A stretch of 63,432 bases of DNA, counting the filler, from Octopus bimaculoides (taxonomy: Eukaryota), in the NCBI RefSeq assembly GCF_001194135.2. It is 8 parts of 7 records of this genome, joined end to end, with 100 filler letters (N's around TTAATTAATTAA, not from the genome) between each part and the next. Parts side by side here need not be neighbours in the genome. Positions count along the whole stretch, not along the records: positions 1 to 21,051 come from NC_068988.1; positions 21,152 to 33,718 come from NC_068981.1; 6 more parts are not named here. One strand, given 5' to 3'. The notes under the pieces are model-generated. The model did not search any database. It was not told where the DNA came from and worked only from the letters and a program-made list of their open reading frames with translations. The stretch's first letter is position 1, and every line of letters begins with the position of its first letter. The position numbers were made by a program, and so were the translations under genes. Positions 14,103 through 26,005 of this stretch are shown piece after piece.

Positions 14103-14513
14103 ATAGGCGTAGGAGTGGCTGTGTGGTAAGTAGCTTGCTTACATGGTTCCGGTTCTGGGTTCAGTCCCACTGCGTGGTACCTTGGGCAAGTGTCTTCTAC
14201 TATAGCCTCGGGCCAACCAAAGCCTTGTGAATGGATTTGGTAGACAGAAACTGAAAAAAGTCCGTCGTATATTTGTATATATATGTGTATGTGTATATGT
14301 TTGTGTGTCTGTGTTTGTCTCTCCAACATCGCTTGACAACTGATGCTGGTGTGTTTACCTCCCTGTAATTTAGTGGTTCGGCAAAAGAGACCAATAGAAT
14401 AAGTACTAGGCTTACAAAGAATAAGTCCTGGAGTCGATTTGCTCGACTAAAGGCAGTGCTCCAACATGGCCACAGTCAAATGACTGAAACAAGTAAAAGA
14501 GTAAAAGAGTAAA
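14103..14513 (+). mobile_element. Full-length composite tRNA-derived SINE (family B)
   Basis: Head with A-box-like TGGCTGTGTGG and B-box-like GGTTCAGTCCC, internal TA/TG repeat, (GAGTAAAA)n tail. Further partial copies near 18490-18905(-), 28290-28520(+), 32650-32815(-), 33495-33715(-), 40378-40580(-), 45170-45350(-), 50390-50660(-), 59965-60086(-), 60560-60780(+), 62290-62500(+). Confidence 0.8.
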
Positions 14514-14859
14514 TCACTGGAATTTTCTTAGGTATTAACTCAAAACACATTTCTATAAAAGTAAAATTCGTCACATGACCTAATTTTTGATGGCATTTTC
14601 AAGGTGAGAAACTGCTATCATGATACTATTTTGATTTCGTATTGAAGTTGATTCACCTCATTTATACTGCTTATCCTTGAGAAAAACATAAACAACTATC
14701 CCTCTCTTTCCCTTTTTCTCTTTCTTGTTGCTCATATGTGACCATCGTCCATCTTTCTTTTCCTCATGTGATCATCTTTCTTTTCCTTCAGGATTGTCCT
14801 AAGGACTGGATGTATTCTATCTCTCTCTTCTATCTTTTCTCTTTTCAAAGAAAATATTT

Positions 14860-15198
14860 CTACAACGTTCACTATTTTATTCTCGTTTGTTTTCATTCGG
14901 TTTCCTTGTTCCCAACTTTTTGTTTTTTTTCCCAACTTTGACCCTCCATAAATCCAAAATTTTGTTTTGGTATTTGTGGGAACAACTGTCTTTGAAGACT
15001 CATATTGTTGTTCAATGCTTGAAATGAGGAGTAGATAGACAGTCAACAACTGATGAAGGCTCATTCTTTGTTTTACTTATCCTGTTTTTCATTTGTTTCT
15101 CTTGTTTGCATATTGAACTCATTTGTTTTCGTATTTCATGTTGTTTACTGTTGGTGACATCTTGTACCCATATATGCATAAGTGTGTGCGTGTGTGTG

Positions 15199-15234
<36 letters not shown>

Positions 15235-16510
15235 TATATATACTTGGAAAAGGATGCGTGGCATTCGATCATATAATAATATAAATAATATATAAATATA
15301 TGCATATATACATACCTACATATATATGTATATATACATGCATAAATGGGTACAGGACATCAAAAAAACGTGGACAGAGTGTGTCATTCTGTCCAGGTTT
15401 TTTTTTATTTCCTGTACCCATATATGCAAGTATATATACATATATATGTAGGTATGTACATATATGTATGTATATATGCATATATTTATATATTATTTAT
15501 ATTATTATATGATTGAATGCCACACATCCATTTCCAAGTAAGTTTCATCTTAATGATTACGATGCACACTCTTATTCTATCTCTTTTCTGTCTATTTATC
15601 TCCCTCTCGTTCTTCTTCCTTTCTGTTTTTCTCTCCCACCCTTTCCCTATTCTTCTCCTCTCCCCTTCACCGTTCCCTCTCTCTCTCTCTCACTCTTCCT
15701 CCTTAACTCTCTCGTTGATCACACGTGACTAACGGCCATTCTCTCTTTCTTCCACTTCCTTCCTAAAGACAAGACATGCTTTTATCCATCTCTTCTCAAA
15801 GCGCGTTTTTCCCACGTTCACCACTTCACATCGTCTTGGCTTAACAGCCCTCACTGTTTGTTTTTACTTTTTTGTTCCCACTGTCCTATTTTTGCTACCA
15901 CTTTCACCCTCTGCAAAAAATACCAAAGTTTATTTAATTTGCTTTGCGGGAAGAACTGTTTTAATGAAGTCATGTCTTGTCCTCACCTTTGAAACGCAGA
16001 GTAGATAAAATAGGGGACAACTGATGAAGGGAATGTTCTTTTTGTTGCATGTCTCGTTTTTCTGTTTGTTTGGTTTTTTTTTGTTGTTCGAAAAATGTTT
16101 GTTTTCTATGTTTTTGTTTTTTATGTTCTCGTTTCTTATTCTGTACCCACATATTCTCCAGCTTTCGCTATTTTACCCTCATTCTGGTCTAACAACCCTC
16201 CATGTTTGTTTTTGTTTGGTTTCCTTGTATGTCTCCACTGTCCTGTTTTTGTTCCCAACTTTGACCCTCCATAAATCCAAAATTTTATTTTGGTATTTAT
16301 GGGTGCAGCTGTCTTCAAAGACTCATATTGTTGTTCAATGCTTGAAATGAGGAGTAGATAGACAGCCAGCAACTGATGAAGATTTGTTCTTTGTGTTACT
16401 TGTACTGTTTTCCATTTGTTTCTCTCATTGTTTGTGTATTGAACTCATTGGTTTCTGTACTTCATGTTGTTTACTGTTGGTGACGTCCTGTACCCTTATG
16501 TGTATATGTA
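14860..16510 (+). repeat. Three diverged T-rich units of about 320 bp (Penelope pLTR-like), two of them adjacent
   Basis: Units at about 14860-15180, 15830-16150 and 16160-16510 share ACTTT(G/C)ACCCTC, GAAA..AGTAGATA..CAACTGATGAAG and a TGTACCC end. Confidence 0.65.
15243..15538. mobile_element. 296-bp near-perfect palindrome (foldback MITE-like) flanked by TA
   Basis: CTTGGAAAAGGATGCGTGGCATTCGATC...GATTGAATGCCACACATCCATTTCCAAG. Arms pair to a 3-nt loop at 15382-15384. The right arm carries an insertion of about 13 bp. Confidence 0.75.
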
Positions 16511-16516
16511 TATATT

Positions 16517-16563
<47 letters not shown>

Positions 16564-16667
16564 CCGTTAGTAGANNNNNNNNNNNNNNNNNNNNNNNNNN
16601 NNNNNNNNNNNNNNNNNNNNNNNNNNNNNTGTGTGTGTGTGTGTGTGTGTGTGTGTACATGCATATG

Positions 16668-18137
16668 TTATTCTTCAGTTCTATTTCAAAATTTCTTGCT
16701 AATAGAGAAAGAACTGGTTTCTAACCTAGATCCAAGGCTCCTTCACTGGAATTTCAACAACATCAACAGGGTATTTTTGTATGTATGTATACATGCAGAT
16801 TTGTGTCTTCTCATACATATACTTTCATATCTAGACATGTTCATATATACTTAAATGATAAACTTCTGAAAAGTTTTATTGATTTGTACAGTTCCAGTGA
16901 TGGCTTGGATCTGCAGTCTTCAAATCAGCTTTCTCTTTTCTGGTTTTGAGAAGCCTAATTTCTCATGACTGGTATTTAGGCAATGTGTTACATATTCAAG
17001 TGCCCCAATAATTACAGGTATAAACCTAAATTTGTAATCTGGATAGAGTGACTGTAGATCTTTTAATAGTTCAGTGTAGGTATTCTTTTTTTCACTGATC
17101 TTCAGCTTTATGTCAACATCCGCTGGGCAGATGATTTCCACAACTGTACACAATTACTCTTCTTTATCTCAGATCATTATATCAGGTCTATTGTGTTTAC
17201 ATTTTATTGAGGTTTTCCTAGCTACAACATCATGTCTCATCAGTAGATTATACCATGACACTTTAGGACAAGTGCTTATGATGTAGGTGATATCTTCAGT
17301 GTTAACTCCACAAAGTCTGCATCGGTTGTCACATTTTACTGTTTTTCCTGCATCTCTGTCCCTTTTGTGCATCACATATTTGGTTGATATTTCCTGTTCC
17401 AGGATTGCAAGCACATACCCTTCAAAGTGTGAGATAGTAATCTGGTTGTTGGTCCATGATAGACTGCTATGATGATGAATGTTACTATCATCTTGGAGCT
17501 TTCTACTAACATATCCATGCATGGTCTTCTGCTCATATATGCTCATCCTTTCATCTGATGATATGTTGCAGTAGAGTCATGTNNNNNNNNNNTCATCCTT
17601 TCATCTGATGATATGTTGCAGTAGAGTCATGTGACTTCTTTGGACATGTATTTAAAGTTATCAGACAAGGAATGCTGCTCAAGGAGCTGCCTTCCAAATC
17701 GTATGATGTTATCAAACTTTGACACTTAATAATTAAAAGATGTTGCCGAAGGCAGTTTGGATTGATGTTAAGCCTCTGCTGCCTTGTTTTTGTTTTGGGT
17801 AGAGGTGGTCTATGTCACTGTTGATGTCGAAATTATGTGTACTTCTGAGTCTCTTCTGGGTTTTCACCTCAATGGCTCAGATCTCATCAAGTGTCCAATG
17901 AAGCAGCCCTAATGGTATGAATATTGGCACTGCAAACACATTGTGGGCCACTATTTTATTGAATGCAGAGAGTTCTAAGGTCCAAATTTTCTTTATTCGT
18001 CTGTAATATTCTTTAGTGACACATGTTTTGTTACAGGTGTCATTGTAAGATATATTTTCATCTACTCCTAGCCTAGATACCTGTAACATTCCTCATCAGA
18101 TACAGGGAAACAGTTAAGTCATTGATGGAAATGTTAC
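16668..18137 (-). mobile_element. R4/Dong-like non-LTR retrotransposon (RLE type), 5'-truncated, with 3' UTR
   Basis: RT-end YRYLG...DENISY; CRLCGVNTEDITYIISTCP CCHC finger; RHDVVAR; HNRPDIMI and VEIICPAD of the restriction-like endonuclease; K..KY.EL motif. Confidence 0.85.
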
Positions 18138-18259
18138 ATGCATGCATGCATGTATGTATGTATGTATGTATGTATGTGTGTGTGTATATGTGTGTATATG
18201 TGTGTATGTATGTATGTATGTATGCATGCATGCATGCATGCAACTTGATTTTGAGCTCT

Positions 18260-18480
18260 GCCATTGTTTGGTTGTTCTTGTAAACATGAGCAGGATGGAT
18301 GTGGCTTTTCAGTCCTGCTAGAAATCTATAATCTTTTGCACAAATGTGGCAATGATTGGCATCTCTTGCAGCAGGTGTTCAGAGAAGTTCACTGCCCATG
18401 TTGGCATATTTCTATTCTGCCATGAAATTTTTCAGTGAGGGCTTTTGTCTTTTTGGCAATAGTGAGCCATACAACACATA
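18260..18480 (-). mobile_element. RTE-type LINE 3' end with C2H2-like finger (fragment)
   Basis: Minus frame CHICAKDYRFLAGLKSHIHPAH. Confidence 0.45.
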
Positions 18481-19379
18481 ACAGAAATCTTTTATCTTTC
18501 TTCTTTTATTTGTTTCAGTTATTAGATTGCAGCCAAGCTAGAGCACCGCCTTGAAAAATTTTAGTTGAATGAGTTGACTCCAGTACTGTTTTTTAAATAC
18601 TTATTCTATCAGTCTTTTTTGCTGAACTGCTAAGTTATGGGGGATGTAAACACACCAACACCAGTTGTCAAAGAGTAGTGGGGGACAAACAGATGTAAAC
18701 CCACATGCACGCACACACACACACGCACGTGCATGCGCATACAGACATATATATGGCTGGCATATTTCAGTTTCTGTCTACCAAATCTACTCACAAGGCT
18801 TTGGTCAGCCTGAGGCTATAGTAGAAGACACCTACCCAAGGTACCACGCAGTGCAACTGAACCTGGAACCATGTTGTTAGGAAGGGAACTTCCTACCACA
18901 CTGCCAAATGTTAATAGAGATGTTAAAAATTAAAATCAAGCGGTGCCTACGCTTGAAGCTTTGGTAAGTGAGAAAAATTACGCAGGCCAATCCCACTGTC
19001 TAAACAGCTTATAAATTTGCTCCAAAAGATCACTAGATACAAATGAAGACATAGTTGCATACTGCCCACAGTTATCCCACAATGGTGTAGTGGCTTACTA
19101 GTTTCCTACACATTAAGAATTGTCCTTGCCTATTCATGCACTTATTCACAAGCTCATACTTCTTCAGAAGCTCATACTTCTTCCCACAATTCTTCTACTC
19201 TCTTGATGTTGGTGCTACATTGATTTTAATTTTATTTCTAGCAAGTTCCTGATAGAAATGTTTCATAATTATTCATATACACACAACAGTTATGCACTGA
19301 AGTCAATGTAATTTACTTAAACCCTTTGTCTGTCCTTGTTTATTCCCTCTATGTTCAGCTCCCTGTGGTCAATAAAGAA

Positions 19380-19660
19380 ATAAATATACAGTGCTTGAGA
19401 AGACCTGTCAAGCCAAGTGAGATTGCAGTCATGGCCAATGTCAGTGTTTTGCAATTGGCACCTGTGCAGGTGACATGTAAAAGCATCCACTACACTCTTG
19501 GAATGGTTGGTGTTAGGAATGGGGTCCAACTGTAGAAACCATGCCAAATCAGACTAGAGTTTGGTACAGCCTTTCAGCTTGCCAGCCCTGGTCAAACCAT
19601 GCAACCCATGCCAGCATGGACAACGGATATGAAATGATGATGATGATGATAATGATGATG
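19380..19660 (+). mobile_element. RTE-related 3' tail or SINE ending in (GAT)n
   Basis: Shares GAGAAGACC and TGGCACCTGTGCAGGTG modules with the RTE tail at 61600-62041; (GAT)n tail. Confidence 0.55.
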
Positions 19661-19699
19661 ATATATATATATAGATGCATATATATATATATTGATAGG

Positions 19700-20760
19700 A
19701 AGGACAACAAAAGAAAGAAAGAGACCTCGATATTATGTAAATAGAGGAATTTATCTGTAAAAATATGTGACACTTATTCGGTAGCCATGATAAAACTCCG
19801 AGTTTCAGATGCCGGGGTGGGAGCCCACGCCAACATCTCCTCAGTTATCTGGCCATTGAAAATTCCAGTGAAAAATGACCGTTAAACAAAGGGAAATTAC
19901 AGTGTGGTGACCGTCATTAAGACAAAAGAGCTATGGACTGCTAAGTAAGGGGAGGGAGTAAAAGTAAGGGAGTAGAGAAGTCTATAGGTTCGCATAAGCA
20001 CACCAATCCATCCATCCGCCTATACTTATATACTAAAAACACCCTCGCTTTAAACGCACACATGCTCACCCGCATACTCGCCAAAAACTATACATGTATG
20101 TAAACACACACATTCTCACCCACATACTCACCAAAGACTATACATATATGTACATATGCGTACATATACACGCATACAGATCCACACTCACACGCACACA
20201 ACAACCCCGCACCCATACACATGCATGCAAAAAAAAAAATTTTTTATTTTATAGGGCTAAAAGCAAGAAACAGTGTGGGAAAGCTATAAGGTTAAAACGC
20301 GTCTAAACTGCACATATTTTCACATGCATGCACATATCTATATACGCACATACCCACACACATGCACACACTCACAAGTGTGCACCTAAGGTTCCATGTA
20401 CGTGTCTATAGATGCACAGGAAAAAAACAGGGTGGAGGGGAGAAAACAGAAAAATATGTGTGGACAAAATACAAAACATTAACTCTATAACTATGTAAAA
20501 AATATAATATAAAAAATATATAAAAAAATATTAAAAAATCCAAGTAAAAAGTATAGAAGGATAAAAAGCTTATACATAGACACAATATAGAAAGCAAATC
20601 CTATCAGTACAGCCCTATCAGCAAGTCCTATCAGTAAAAATATTAAAAAAATATATAAGAAATCGAAGTAAAAAGTATAGAGAGATAAAAAGCTTATACA
20701 TAGACACAAAATAGAAAGCAAGTCCTATCAGTAAAACTCAGGGGGACCAAAAACGTAGCA
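19700..20760 (-). mobile_element. Penelope-like pLTR/3' region relic with an internal tandem duplication of about 120 bp
   Basis: T-rich minus strand containing a hammerhead. The segment AATC(C/G)AAGTAAAAAGTATAG...AGCA..TCCTATCAGTA occurs twice, near 20537 and 20661. Confidence 0.5.
19782..19856 (-). ncRNA. Type I hammerhead ribozyme
   Basis: Minus strand AUGGCCAGAUAA-CUGAGGA-GAUGUUGG(C-GUGG-GCUC-CCAC-C)CCGGCAUC-U-GAAAC-U-CGG-AG-UU-UUAUC-A-UGGCUA. Stems I, II and III all close; GUU cleavage triplet. Confidence 0.7.
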
Positions 20761-21250
20761 AATATTTGGCCACATGTGGACATGATCTGAAAAGTTCAGT
20801 CTTTGAATTTAGACATGTGGTGGGGTCTAAGCTGCTTTTCCAGATGATCCATCTTTCCATATCACAGACCGCACCTTCCGCTGCCGCTGGTGTAAGCACT
20901 AAATGAGGCTGCAAAGAAAGAGGTCTGGAGATGCCACTACGATAGATTGCTTAATAAAGAGAATGAATGGGAGGAAGAGAGCCTGCCGTATGTCGACCCA
21001 ATAGAGGGACCAGCTATCCGAGTTGATAGTACCAGGGTAGATAAAGCAATTNNNNNNNNNNNNNNNNNNNNNNNNNNNNNNNNNNNNNNNNNNNNTTAAT
21101 TAATTAANNNNNNNNNNNNNNNNNNNNNNNNNNNNNNNNNNNNNNNNNNNNTGTGTGTGTGTGTTTGTATGTGTGTGTGTGTATGTATGTATGTATGTAT
21201 GTATGTGTGTGTGTGTATGTATGTATGTATGTATGTATGTATGTATGTAT

Positions 21251-24018
21251 CAGTGTTGCCAACTTAAAATCCCAATTTTATGCTAAATTTCAGAAGAAAA
21301 ATATCAAAAAATGCACACAAGTAGAAAAAAAGAATGCTAAAGACTAATTATATCAAAAAGCTTAATTTTTATTTACTTTCTTTAATTATATTCAGCATTG
21401 AGAAATAATTTCTTGAATTTCACTGATTTGATCACTTTCAGCTGCAGTGCCTAGGTATTGACTGCTGTATACATTCGAGGTCCCAATCGTGTTAATTATG
21501 TGTTTTGGAATATCGAAGTTTTTGCAACATTTGCCATATCTTTTCCGGCCATATTTTATAGACAGTATTGATCCAAGCGTAGGAAGATGCATTTTGCTTT
21601 TCAATTTTGATTTGATTACACCCATACTGTTCAACAACCGTTCAACTTCTGTATTTGAGTTTGACAATGTCAATAGCTTAATGGCAAATTTTCAACATCT
21701 CTAAAAGGATTTCCTCCAGTAGCATCTTCATATTCCAAGACTTCCAGCCAAAATGCCTCAGTATTAAAGTATTTGTCCATTTAATTAAATGAATGCTATT
21801 AAACTGAATTTCAACTGAAGCAATTTTTTCTTCATTTAAATGCATTGCTTCTAAGACAGGTAAAATTGAAATGCTGCAAAATATTCTCTACCGAAAAACA
21901 TTTGATATTCCTCAGTATGTCAATATTTTCTGGCAAACGGTGCTTGAGCTCTTTATAAAGGCAGAGTAAAAAACTGTTGTGCTCTTTTGCGAATATCATT
22001 TTCTTCGGTGGCTGTTACAGTCTTCTTGATAATTTCTGCTATCTTTCTCTCGAACCTGTAGCTTAAATTTGGTTTAGGATCCAGAAATCTTTCAATAGAA
22101 GCATCAAGATCAAGAGGATCAATTTTACATGTTGGCAACACTATCATATTAGCAACAGATTTGATCAAATTTGAAAGATCTTCAAGTAATTTTGTTTTGT
22201 CGACAGTGTTTGATTCAAAGCAGTTTATTCACTTCCTGAACATGTTTTAAAATTGGATGCAAAAATTAAAGGTAAAGTTCATTCCTAGAATCACAAGACA
22301 TTTCATGTAACGTTTGTACTGTAAAGCATTTTTCTTTTGTAGTTGTAGTCTGGAAGTGAGTTTGCGATTCAAACCATTGGCTTAAAATTTTATTTACAGC
22401 TGGTTCTATTGCCAGCCACCTAGTTGTACAAGAATTCACAATCTTCAAAGACTCTTCATCACTGATAGCAAGGTAAAGTTGTTTGTAGGCACTTTGTCTT
22501 GTTGAAGAATGAGAGAACCATTTATGGGTTTCGGATACTAAAAATTCTAAATTTATGGGCAAGCATTCAGCACAAGTGTGGGATACCGCCAAGTGTAAAG
22601 AATGACATACACATCTAAATAGAAGTAATGATGGAACTTCTTTTAATTTCTGGAAAACACCATTGTTGACTCCTGTAATTACTCTAGCATCGTCAGTTCC
22701 TATACCTAGTAACATTTTTTATATCTAATTTCTTTTTCACTAATTCAGTTTTTAAGGCATCTACAATGCCATCTGCATCACATGTTGAGGTATGTATGTA
22801 CCACTCTTTTGTGAGTGTCACTGTAATATATGATAACAATTCCTAACAACTTGTTTATCGATATATCATTTGGATTCATCTAATAACTGGCTAAATTTTC
22901 TATCTCCTATATCAGAAATCAAATCTCCATCAAAATATGGAGCTACAACATTTCTCACAATATTTGCACATTTTGTACGATGCAACTTCACTTTGGACAT
23001 AATATCACAATCAGACATATAATTCTTACATAACTCTATTAAGTGATCACAGCTATTAAATGATGAGTGGCAACAAATAAACATTGCTAAATTTGCTTCA
23101 AGCATAGACGTCATATCATTTTTGGTTTTAATAAAATTGATAAGAGAAATCATTTGCTGTGGAGTTGATGCCTTATGTTTCTTTGCTTCACAGTGGCTTA
23201 CTAAAAGAGAATATTTTGCCAACATATTACATCTACAATATCTGCAATTTGCTTTAGATTGGTCACTAGCTACTTCACACAACCACTTAGTAAATGCTGG
23301 CATCTTAAGCCATTCCTTTAGGAATTTTTGCTGGTACAACTTTTTTTTTCTTTGCTCATTATAATGCGGTGGGAAGCAAGAAATAAATTGAATGATTAAT
23401 AAATATATAAAACTGAAAATATAACTTATCAGTTTGCAGCTAACAATTCTTTCATTTGCCGTTAACAACTCTTAAGTTAGCATGAAAAAACACAGGCCTA
23501 TTTTAAAACAGTCAAACTGAAAATAAATCGGTCAACCTGTCATGATAAAAACTCATCACTACAGAATAAAACATTGTTAAGACGAATTTCCATGCTTTCA
23601 TTCTTTGCAACATATTTACATTATTGTGCAGTGAGTTCAGGTGCTGGCATGAGTCCCCCCACACACATACACACAAGCATCACTCTGTATCCAAGCGGGG
23701 GGAGGGGGGCTGGAAAGTTCATAACTTGATAAATTTCCTTTGGATAACTTTCATTTGAAGTTTCATGAAAGTTAAAGTAAAATTTAAAAATAGCCAACAG
23801 TACTAAAATTTGGCTGTAAGATACTTTAACGAAAGTAGAAAAGGAGGAAAATGAAGAAAAAGAGGTAACTATTGGGAAAACACCATGATCAGAGAAAAAT
23901 GCTAAATAAAATTTGAAACCTGTTATTTTCTCTGCTAAATGCTAGATTCCAAAATTTTCTGCTAAATGCTGAAGAAAATACTAGATCTAGCATAAAATAT
24001 GCTAAATTGGCAACCCTG
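21251..24018 (-). mobile_element. Full-length but degraded hAT transposon (ZNF862-like transposase) with TIRs and 8-bp TSD
   Basis: TIRs CAGTGTTGCCAA and CAGGGTTGCCAA (11/12); TSD GTATGTAT at 21243-21250 and 24019-24026; N-terminal C2H2 finger; LLDES and GIGTDDA acidic motifs; CVCHSLHLA (CxxH); TRWL; dimerisation-domain SNTEVERLLNSM. Confidence 0.92.
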
Positions 24019-25113
24019 GTATGTATGCATGTATGTGTGTATGTATAATGCTAATAATATATCCTGTTCAGGCTATATTATTAGCATTATTCTGCGATTG
24101 AGAATTCAAAATCACTTCTTTAACTTTCTAAGACATCTCAACGCTTCTAAAAGCAAAATTCGTTTGTTTATTTACGTTTGTCGTAATTTGAATTTAACGT
24201 ATGTATGTATGTATGTATATGTGTGTGGATATGTTTGTGTGCGTGTGTTTGCCTTTCGCCCCCCCCCCCCNNNNNNNNNNNNNNNNNNNNNNNNNNNNNN
24301 NNNNNNNNNNNNNNNNNNNNNNNNNNNNNNNNNNNNNNNNNNNNNNNNNNNNNNNNNNNNNNNNNNNNNNNNNNNNNNNNNNNNNNNNNNNNNNNNNNNN
24401 NNNNNNNNNNNNNNNNNNNNNNNNNNNNNNNNNNNNNNNNNNNNNNNNNNNNNNNNNNNNNNNNNNNNNNNNNNNNNNNNNNNNNNNNNNNNNNNNNNNN
24501 NNNNNNNNNNNNNNNNNNNNNNNNNNNNNNNNNNNNNNNNNNNNNNNNNNNNNNNNNNNNNNNNNNNNNNNNNNNNNNNNNNNNNNNNNNNNNNNNNNNN
24601 NNNNNNNNNNNNNNNNNNNNNNNNNNNNNNNNNNNNNNNNNNNNNNNNNNNNNNNNNNNNNNNNNNNNNNNNNNNNNNNNNNNNNNNNNNNNNNNNNNNN
24701 NNNNNNNNNNNNNNNNNNNNNNNNNNNNNNNNNNNNNNNNNNNNNNNNNNNNNNNNNNNNNNNNNNNNNNNNNNNNNNNNNNNNNNNNNNNNNNNNNNNN
24801 NNNNNNNNNNNNNNNNNNNNNNNNNNNNNNNNNNNNNNNNNNNNNNNNNNNNNNNNNNNNNNNNNNNNNNNNNNNNNNNNNNNNNNNNNNNNNNNNNNNN
24901 NNNNNNNNNNNNNNNNNNNNNNNNNNNNNNNNNNNNNNNNNNNNNNNNNNNNNNNNNNNNNNNNNNNNNNNNNNNNNNNNNNNNNNNNNNNNNNNNNNNN
25001 NNNNNNNNNNNNNNNNNNNNNNNNNNNNNNNNNNNNNNNNNNNNNNCGTATGTAAATATGTGTGCTTGTGTGTGTGAGTAAATATGTATTTGCCAGTGCC
25101 CGTGAGTGTGTAC

Positions 25114-25153
<40 letters not shown>

Positions 25154-25942
25154 ACACACACACATACACACAGACTGGGAAAGGTCCATTATGAATTGAT
25201 GCAGCTTTAGCGCAATAAAACTGAAATAGTCTGGTGAATCCTTCCTTTTGTTGGTTTATGAAAGCGTGTATGCATAGCGTGATACATTAAATATTTAGGA
25301 TAAACCAAGAAATTAATCACTTGGTAATTTTCAAATTGAAAAGAGTACCACTCAAGCGTGCATGTCAGTACATGTGATGCCTGGCAGCAAGGAAAAATGC
25401 TTGCCATCTGTTGTGCATAAACGGTCATTATATATGATACATTATATTACGAGACATTATTAATCAAACAGTTTTAAATTTCATGATGTTCGCAGTTACA
25501 AAAAAATTAGTAAGATAATTTGCAAAGAAAGAGATAACTGCAAATCAATGACGTTTATCTTGCAAGGTTTTAACCTTCGATAACAAGTAGTTTTTTTTTA
25601 GAGAGAATATCATAACTTATATCATAGTTTATTTGAATAAGTTATCTAATAAACTGGCTACAGTGTAAAGAGAAGTAAGCCTGTTGTAAAATAGCTGCAA
25701 TACATAGAAGCAAGGTCATTGCAAAAGGTTACGAAATATATTTGTGTTCAGGTCTGGATTTTGTTTATTCTATGTAAAACGCATACAACTAACCAATGAG
25801 GGAGCGTCTATGCGATTGTTCGAGACCAGCTAGAAATAACAATACATTGTCTGAAGAATAAAAAAATAAAAAACATGGCGGGAGGATAAAGGTTGAAATA
25901 CCTTGTATCATAATGTTAGTTTGATCAGGATTGACCCAGAGC

Positions 25943-25944
<2 letters not shown>

Positions 25945-25983
<39 letters not shown>

Positions 25984-26005
25984 AATAATAATAATAATAA
26001 TAATA
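25945..26005. repeat. (AAC)n(AAT)n compound microsatellite
   Basis: Direct reading. Confidence 0.9.

Noticed and set aside
14103-14180. tRNA genes
   Set aside because: A/B-box-like heads belong to multi-copy SINEs; no complete cloverleaf was seen.
17544-17631. 39-bp direct repeat on both sides of a 10-N gap
   Set aside because: Typical unmerged contig overlap.
18311-18425. Plus-strand candidate for the missing SDR last exon (TTTTCAG acceptor, phase-compatible)
   Set aside because: The peptide does not resemble an SDR C-terminus, and the region is better explained as a minus-strand RTE 3' fragment.
21096-21107. TTAATTAATTAA islands inside N runs (also 33763, 38248, 50315, 59369, 60914, 62086)
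   Set aside because: An identical palindromic six-frame-stop 12-mer centred in fixed-size N blocks (44+12+44 at the site counted). This is an assembly gap placeholder, not biology.
23999-25189. Long ORFs spanning N runs (also near 28.4-29.3, 31.1-32.0, 40.8-42.3, 42.6-43.6 and 56.2-56.6 kb)
   Set aside because: Length comes from untranslated X residues and microsatellite peptides.
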